Shown piece after piece: positions 19,863 to 25,089 of a stretch of DNA of 64,000 bases. The DNA is from Candidatus Magasanikiibacteriota bacterium (GTDB lineage: Bacteria > Patescibacteriota > Patescibacteriia > Magasanikbacterales > GWA2-37-8), in NCBI GenBank assembly GCA_041665405.1, contig JBAYIZ010000003.1, positions 2,589 to 66,588 of the forward strand, given 5' to 3'. The stretch's first letter is position 1. Every line of letters begins with the position of its first letter. Under the pieces are notes generated by a model, which ran no database searches, was not told where the DNA came from, and was given only the letters and a program-made list of their open reading frames with translations. Made by a program: the position numbers and the translations under genes.

Positions 19863-21347
19863 ATGCACATCACCAAAACCGACTACCTCGAATACACCTT
19901 CTGCAAAAAGAACCTCTGGCTCAAAAAACACAAACCAGAGCTTTTTGATGGTGTCGAATTATCGGAATTTGAAAAGAAAATAATCGAAGAGGGGAACATG
20001 GCCGATGAATCAGCCCGCCATTTGTTTCCTGGTGGTGTGTTGGTAGATAGTTTTGGAGAGGATGCCGTGCATGACACCGCCCAATACCTGGAGAAAAAAA
20101 CAGCGGTGATATTTCAAGCGACCTTTGCGCAAGATGTTTTTTATATTCGCGCGGATATTTTGGTTTATGATCAATCCCAAGATGGCTATGAGCTGTATGA
20201 GGTGAAGGCCAGCAATGATGTCAAAAGAAAAGAGCCACATCATTATATCAACGACCTAGCTTTTCAAAAAAGTGTGATTGAAAAAAGTGGTTTGAAAATT
20301 ATTAAAACTGGCGTGATTCATTTGAACAGTGAATACCAAAGAGCGGGGGAAATTGATTATGAAAAATTATTTGTGATAGTGGATCTCAGTGATGAAGTGT
20401 TGGCCTCGCAAGAAAAAGTGCAAGCCCAGATGGAGGATATTAAAAAATATTTAAACATGCCGGAAGAAAAAGGGTGTGAATGTTTGTATCGCGGAAGAAA
20501 TGCTCAATGTACTACCTTTGCTTATTCCAACCCAGAGGTGCCAGAATATTCGGTGCATGATATCAATCGGATTGGGGCGAGTAAAAAAATACTTAATGAT
20601 TGGATAGATAGAGGGATATATGCGATTGAAGATATAGACAATCCACAGGTGCTCACTGGGGCCAAGAAGGCGCAATATGATGCGTGCTCGCTAGGCAAAC
20701 CGATGATTGATGAGGTGGCGATAAAAGAGGCGCTGGACAAATTGGTTTGGCCTTTGTATTTTTTTGATTATGAAGGATTTGTAAGTGCGATTCCGATGTT
20801 TGATGGTTTTGGGGCGTATGAACAAATTCCTTTTCAATATTCTCTGCATATTATGCAAGCGGATGGGAGTATAGAACATAGGGAATTTTTGATTACCGAT
20901 CCCAAAGGAGATCTCACCCGACCGCTGGTGGAACGGATGAAACAGGATATTGATCCGCGCGGGACGGTGATCGCGTGGTATAGCACTTATGAAAAACAAC
21001 GCAATTTGAAATTGGCACAGTTGCATCCGGACTATGCGAAATTTTTGGAGGAAATAAATGAGGGGATGTTTGATCTGATGACTATTTTTTCGGAAAATCT
21101 TTATGTGGATTCGGCTTTCAAGGGGAGCGCGAGTATCAAAAGGGTGTTGCCGGTGATTGTGCCGGAGCTAAGTTATAAAAATTTAAATATTTCCAAAGGG
21201 GATCAGGCGAGTGAGCGGTGGGAGCGGATGATTGGCAGTGATACGCCGGCGGAGGAGAAGAGACAGATTGAGAAGGATTTGTTGGAGTATTGTAAGATGG
21301 ATACTTGGGCGATGGTGAGGATATGGGAGAGGTTGAGGAAAATATAA
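19863..21347 (+). CDS. DUF2779-like protein (RecB-type nuclease N-terminus, RNase H-like C-terminus)
   Basis: ADIL...LYEVKAS...DLAFQ; FFDYE...PFQYSLH; LLEYCKMDT. Confidence 0.8.
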   Translation: MHITKTDYLEYTFCKKNLWLKKHKPELFDGVELSEFEKKIIEEGNMADESARHLFPGGVLVDSFGEDAVHDTAQYLEKKTAVIFQATFAQDVFYIRADILVYDQSQDGYELYEVKASNDVKRKEPHHYINDLAFQKSVIEKSGLKIIKTGVIHLNSEYQRAGEIDYEKLFVIVDLSDEVLASQEKVQAQMEDIKKYLNMPEEKGCECLYRGRNAQCTTFAYSNPEVPEYSVHDINRIGASKKILNDWIDRGIYAIEDIDNPQVLTGAKKAQYDACSLGKPMIDEVAIKEALDKLVWPLYFFDYEGFVSAIPMFDGFGAYEQIPFQYSLHIMQADGSIEHREFLITDPKGDLTRPLVERMKQDIDPRGTVIAWYSTYEKQRNLKLAQLHPDYAKFLEEINEGMFDLMTIFSENLYVDSAFKGSASIKRVLPVIVPELSYKNLNISKGDQASERWERMIGSDTPAEEKRQIEKDLLEYCKMDTWAMVRIWERLRKI

Positions 21348-21356
21348 AATAATAAT

Positions 21357-21409
21357 TTTAAACCCATCTAATTCGATGGGTTTAAAAAGGGGCCGAATTC
21401 GACCCCTTT
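21357..21409. terminator. two back-to-back hairpins (bidirectional terminators) preceding repeat 1
   Basis: tttaaacccatc/gatgggtttaaa and aaagggg.cg/cg.ccccttt. Confidence 0.6.
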
Positions 21410-21449
21410 AAAACCGACCATTGAGTCGGTTTTTTATTTTTGGTATAAT
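21410..21449 (+). repeat. 40-bp hairpin+promoter repeat, copy 1 (variant A)
   Basis: aaaaccgaccaTTGAGTcggttttttatttttggTATAAT. Confidence 0.9.
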
Positions 21450-21471
21450 ATCCATTATTAAATATTTAATT

Positions 21472-22074
21472 ATGAACAAGGGGGAAATAAATATATTTTT
21501 AAAATACTTTGAAGATAAAAAACAAAGGACTATTGTAATAGTTGATTATGGGAATGTTGAAAAATGGAAACATTCACTAAGTTGGGATGTGGGTATTAGA
21601 GAATTAGCAAATTTAATAAAAAATTTTTCCGGCAAAGAATTTTTACGAAGATTTTATTATGGTGCGGATTATGGTAAAGAAGAAAAATCTAAAATATTAA
21701 CCTACTGGTCTAAAAAAGTTTTAGAAACCGCACACTTCAACAGATTCGATGTCCAACATAAAAGAGTAAAATATATACACGACCAAAACAACAAACATGG
21801 GTTTGCTAAAAAGTGTGATTTGGATGTCGAAATGGCGGTTGATTTAATTAAAGAAAGAGATAATTACGATACTATAATTATATTTTCTGGCGATGGTGAT
21901 TTAATGTACGCTATACGATATTTGGTAGAAAAATATAAAAAAAGATGTTATGTTTTTGGTGCACGCGACCATATTGGAAGAGAAGTATATGATGCAAAAA
22001 CTGATTGTTGCGTAACAGAAGTATTATATGTCGAAGATTTTGAATATCGCCTAAGCTCAACTAGATTTAAATAA
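21472..22074 (+). CDS. NYN/LabA-DUF88 (PIN-like) ribonuclease
   Basis: IVDYGN, KCDLDVEMAVD, FSGDGDL; start reassigned to ATG 21472 because the ORF-track N-terminus is translated repeat. Confidence 0.88.
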   Translation: MNKGEINIFLKYFEDKKQRTIVIVDYGNVEKWKHSLSWDVGIRELANLIKNFSGKEFLRRFYYGADYGKEEKSKILTYWSKKVLETAHFNRFDVQHKRVKYIHDQNNKHGFAKKCDLDVEMAVDLIKERDNYDTIIIFSGDGDLMYAIRYLVEKYKKRCYVFGARDHIGREVYDAKTDCCVTEVLYVEDFEYRLSSTRFK

Positions 22075-22084
22075 TAAGATACCA

Positions 22085-22158
22085 AAAATCAGAAACCCGC
22101 CTTTAGGGCGGGGATTCGATCAAAATACGGTAAGCCTATGGATTGCTCCACAACTTAC
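22085..22158 (-). ncRNA. predicted ~75-nt small RNA convergent with the NYN gene
   Basis: GUAAGU-UGUGGA-GCAA(GNRA)-UCCAUA-G-GCUUAC hairpin, linker, then CCCGCC/GGCGGG terminator and U-rich tail. Confidence 0.65.
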
Positions 22159-22164
22159 ATAGAT

Positions 22165-22203
22165 ATAATACATAATTTTGACTAATTCGTCAAGTTATCC
22201 ACA
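22165..22203 (-). promoter_or_regulatory. sigma70 promoter of RNA-2 plus DnaA box
   Basis: TTGACG(22193-22188)-17-TATTAT(22170-22165); TTATCCACA at 22195-22203. Confidence 0.65.
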
Positions 22204-22235
22204 GGGAATAATATATTAGAAAATATTCATATATT

Positions 22236-22275
22236 AAAATCGGCTATTGAGCCGGTTTTTTATTTTTGGTATAAT
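22236..22275 (+). repeat. 40-bp hairpin+promoter repeat, copy 2 (variant B)
   Basis: aaaatcggctaTTGAGCcggttttttatttttggTATAAT. Confidence 0.9.
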
Positions 22276-22299
22276 ACTTACATATTTAAAAAAATAATT

Positions 22300-22776
22300 A
22301 TGAAAATAAATAACCCATCCAAACTTATCGTCGCCATTATCGTTTCCGAACTTGCCGGCATCATCGGTTCGGTGTTCACAACTCCATCCATTGCCGGCTG
22401 GTACTCAGAAATTGTAAAACCAACTCTAAATCCGCCCGCATGGGTCTTTGGACCAGTTTGGACAACATTGTTTGCTCTCATGGGTATTTCGGCATTCTTG
22501 ATTTGGAAGAAAGGGCTGAATCGCAAGGATGTTAAAATAGCTCTCGGTATATTTTTTGGTCAACTTATTTTAAACACGCTTTGGTCAATTATTTTTTTCG
22601 GTCTACACAGTCCAGGTGGTGCGTTGATTGAGATTATTTTCCTCTGGCTTGCCATTCTTGCCACGATTATCTTTTTTGCAAAAATCTCCAAACCGGCTGC
22701 TTGGCTTCTTTTGCCGTATATTCTTTGGGTAAGTTTTGCGATGTATTTAAATTACGCTATTTGGGTATTGAATTAA
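22300..22776 (+). CDS. tspO: TspO/MBR tryptophan-rich sensory protein
   Basis: WY..IVKP.LNPPAWVFGPVWT, LN.LWS.IFFG, LLPYILWVSFA. Confidence 0.93.
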   Translation: MKINNPSKLIVAIIVSELAGIIGSVFTTPSIAGWYSEIVKPTLNPPAWVFGPVWTTLFALMGISAFLIWKKGLNRKDVKIALGIFFGQLILNTLWSIIFFGLHSPGGALIEIIFLWLAILATIIFFAKISKPAAWLLLPYILWVSFAMYLNYAIWVLN

Positions 22777-22807
22777 AATCGGAGCTTAATACGAATTATT
22801 TAAATTT

Positions 22808-23413
22808 ATGAAAACAAGAATCTGTATATTTGGAGCAAGTACAACCTGGGGTATGCGAGATAACGAAGGTGGTGGATGGGTTGGGCGACTACGAAAATAT
22901 TTTGAAACTAATAATTATGATACTCGGGTTTATAATTTGGGTATTCCTGGGGATACTACTACTGACCTACTAAAAAGATTTGAAGTTGAATGCGAAGCTA
23001 GAAAACCTGATGTGATAATTTTTGGAATAGGAGCAAATGATGCATGCTATATTAATACTGAAAAAAACATGATGACCTCATTGAGACAATTTAACAAAAA
23101 TTTTTCAAAGCTAATTAAAAAAGCAAAAAAGATTACAAATAAAATCATATTGGTAGGGCTAACAAAAGTGGAAGAAATCAAATCTATGCCCATTCTCTTA
23201 AACAAGCAAAAATTTTGTTCAAATGCAAATATAATTAAATATGATTTGGCTATAAATGAAGCAGGCAAAATACATAGCGTGCCATTCATATCTTTGATTG
23301 ATTTATTAACTCCAAAGGATTTGAGCGATGATGGTCGTCATCCAAATTCAAAAGGGCATGAAAAAATGTTTTTGAAAATAAAGGATTATTTACTGGTTAA
23401 TAAAATTGTATAA
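22808..23413 (+). CDS. SGNH/GDSL hydrolase
   Basis: FGASTT, NLGIPGDTT, GAND, DGRHP. Confidence 0.85.
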   Translation: MKTRICIFGASTTWGMRDNEGGGWVGRLRKYFETNNYDTRVYNLGIPGDTTTDLLKRFEVECEARKPDVIIFGIGANDACYINTEKNMMTSLRQFNKNFSKLIKKAKKITNKIILVGLTKVEEIKSMPILLNKQKFCSNANIIKYDLAINEAGKIHSVPFISLIDLLTPKDLSDDGRHPNSKGHEKMFLKIKDYLLVNKIV

Positions 23414-23436
23414 AAAAAGAGTTTGAAAACAAACAA

Positions 23437-23465
23437 AAAACACGCCAAAATTATTAGCGTGTTTT
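23437..23465. terminator. bidirectional terminator-like hairpin
   Basis: aaaacacgc-N11-gcgtgtttt between convergent genes. Confidence 0.55.
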
Positions 23466-23474
23466 ATTTATTCT

Positions 23475-23537
23475 TCAAGATCGCTCTCGTTTTTATCACA
23501 AATATATTATGATAAAAACGAGTTGGAGCGATCTTGA
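23475..23537. repeat. long inverted repeat (24 paired bp with a 4-nt bulge)
   Basis: tcaagatcgctc-tcgtttttatca / tgataaaaacga-gttg-gagcgatcttga. Confidence 0.8.
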
Positions 23538-23570
23538 GACCGAACCTTCCCGTCCTCGATGAGGGTCGGC

Positions 23571-23936
23571 CTACAGATGGGTGGCCGGGAAGTTCTTCTG
23601 GTCCTCGAAGGTGACGGGCATGTAGCCCACCAAGATCATACCAGCCGAACAGGCGAGAACATGCTCCTCGCCAGGCTCGAACATGAACATGGTCGGAGCC
23701 ATGATGACATGGTCCCACACGCCTCCGTTCTCGGTCCACGTGCGCACCCTGCAGCGCCCCTTGACCAGGAAGAACCCCTCGACATGGGCATGCGAGTGGT
23801 TGCCCAACCTCACGCCTTTGGACTTGGTGATGAGTACCTTGCTCTCCACCGGCTTGGGGAAATAAGGTGGCGGACGAAAAGCCGTCAAATCCCGCCGGGA
23901 ATCACTGTGGCTGTCCGCCACGAGAAAAATCTGCAT
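23571..23936 (-). CDS. cupin-fold protein (WxcM/FdtA-like), GC-rich
   Basis: GNHSH....E and PGEEH cupin motifs; GGAGG SD and TTGACA promoter upstream on the minus strand. Confidence 0.75.
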   Translation of the reverse strand: MQIFLVADSHSDSRRDLTAFRPPPYFPKPVESKVLITKSKGVRLGNHSHAHVEGFFLVKGRCRVRTWTENGGVWDHVIMAPTMFMFEPGEEHVLACSAGMILVGYMPVTFEDQKNFPATHL

Positions 23937-24024
23937 GATTTAGTTTGTCCTCCCATCTTTGGTCGCATGATTGCGACTATTCTTTTTATCAAAAAACTGG
24001 GTTTCTGTCAAGAATACGAAATAA

Positions 24025-24064
24025 TCAACCGACCATTGAGTCGGTTTTTTATTTTTGGTATAAT
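24025..24064 (+). repeat. 40-bp hairpin+promoter repeat, copy 3 (variant A)
   Basis: tcaaccgaccaTTGAGTcggttttttatttttggTATAAT. Confidence 0.9.
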
Positions 24065-24071
24065 ATACCTT

Positions 24072-24692
24072 ATGAATATATATTTAGACGAATCATACAA
24101 TTTACAAAAATCTAAAGGTAAAATGTTTATTAGTATCAATGGTTTTTCTGTTCTAAATGCCGAACGGTTGAGAAAACGCTGGAAACATATTCGACAACCA
24201 TATACAAAACACAAGCGTCGTATTCATGCAACAGATCCTTTCTTTGAAGGTTTGCGAAGTAAAAGTATTCCACTACTAAAGGCAAATGATATAATGATAA
24301 TATCTGTATTTCAAATTGTACAGGAAATTCCTTACGATTATTTTGATAATAATAAAATGAATTTTGAAGTTGTTTATGCTGAATTACTAAAACAACTATT
24401 AAAAGAACTTTCGCTTAACGAATACAAACAAACTAAAATTATAATCGACTCTCGCAAACACAAAGGGGGGATTGCTGGAGCAACCAATTTTCAACAAGAA
24501 ATTAATAATTTTTTGAAAAATAAATTTCCAGGTACTGTATGTTCATTTTTACCTACACCTTCATATTTAGATGTACTTGTTGAATTGGCTGATTTCGTTT
24601 CTAATACTTTTTATAAAAACTACCAAAAAGGAGATGACACTATATTTAAACAGCTCGGATATCGACTTATACAAATAAAAAACCCGCTATAA
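24072..24692 (+). CDS. DUF3800-family (RNase H-like fold) protein, leaderless
   Basis: MNIYLDES, IIID, S...ELADFV; ATG 7 nt after the -10 of repeat 3. Confidence 0.8.
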   Translation: MNIYLDESYNLQKSKGKMFISINGFSVLNAERLRKRWKHIRQPYTKHKRRIHATDPFFEGLRSKSIPLLKANDIMIISVFQIVQEIPYDYFDNNKMNFEVVYAELLKQLLKELSLNEYKQTKIIIDSRKHKGGIAGATNFQQEINNFLKNKFPGTVCSFLPTPSYLDVLVELADFVSNTFYKNYQKGDDTIFKQLGYRLIQIKNPL

Positions 24693-24793
24693 AAGCGGAT
24701 TTAGTAAGAGCCTTTTGGGAGTGTCTCTGCTTCATCGGGATGTTCTTGATGAGAACGCCCTCCACAAAGCTTTACCCTAAGGACTTATCTTCT
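24677..24793 (-). ncRNA. predicted ~115-nt structured RNA convergent with the DUF3800 gene
   Basis: Stems GUAA-AGC/GCU-UUAC, UUUG-GGAG/CUCC-CAAA and GUUCU/AGAAC, possible CAUC/GAUG pseudoknot, terminator overlapping the KNPL* codons. Confidence 0.7.
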
Positions 24794-24799
24794 GAAGAT

Positions 24800-24841
24800 A
24801 TTATCACACAAAAAGGTTGTTTTGTCAATGTGTGTGGATAA
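24800..24841 (-). promoter_or_regulatory. sigma70 promoter of RNA-3 plus DnaA box
   Basis: TTGACA(24828-24823)-17-(TGt)GATAAT(24805-24800); TGTGGATAA at 24833-24841. Confidence 0.65.
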
Positions 24842-24853
24842 CTAACATGCAAT

Positions 24854-24893
24854 AAAATCGGCTATTGAGCCGGTTTTTTTTATCTGCTATACT
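24854..24893 (+). repeat. 40-bp hairpin+promoter repeat, copy 4 (variant B)
   Basis: aaaatcggctaTTGAGCcggttttttttatctgcTATACT. Confidence 0.88.
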
Positions 24894-24901
24894 ATGGATA
24901 T

Positions 24902-25039
24902 ATGGCTAAATGTGTAAATTGCGGGAAACCGCTAGAACACGAGGACGACAGCTGTTTGTGCAATACCAGCGTTTGTCCAACTTGCTGTGACTGCCATAAA
25001 GAATGTGGTTGTAATTGCAAGGAACGCACCGAAAAGTAA
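24902..25039 (+). CDS. 45-aa Cys-rich metallothionein-like protein (absent from ORF track)
   Basis: MAKCVNCGKPLEHEDDSCLCNTSVCPTCCDCHKECGCNCKERTEK; 11 Cys; ATG 8 nt after the -10 of repeat 4. Confidence 0.75.
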   Translation: MAKCVNCGKPLEHEDDSCLCNTSVCPTCCDCHKECGCNCKERTEK

Positions 25040-25089
25040 GTTAAAATAAAAATTGCCCAGAAGAGTCGTAATCCACTCTAAATTTTGTT

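Larger units (their letters stand above)
5691..24893. other. accessory/defence island between atpC and the UvrD-like helicase region
   Basis: Dense R-M, nuclease, antitoxin and stress genes between two housekeeping blocks; no integrase or transposase inside; boundaries approximate. Confidence 0.75.

Noticed and set aside
21421-21471. N-terminal MSRFFIFGII extension of the NYN protein
   Set aside because: It is a translation of the promoter repeat; the same peptide appears at repeat 3
23559-24692. 377-aa ORF in the track, suggesting a novel fusion protein
   Set aside because: The N-terminal half is the antisense shadow of the GC-rich cupin plus translated repeat 3; the real gene most likely starts at ATG 24072 (MNIYLDES)
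17798-24841. oriC suggested by several DnaA boxes
   Set aside because: The boxes are single and kilobases apart, with no cluster, DUE or dnaA/dnaN nearby
21410-24893. CRISPR array or classical integron attC array
   Set aside because: The spacers are 0.8-1.8 kb gene units, there are no cas genes or intI, and the repeats lack attC core motifs
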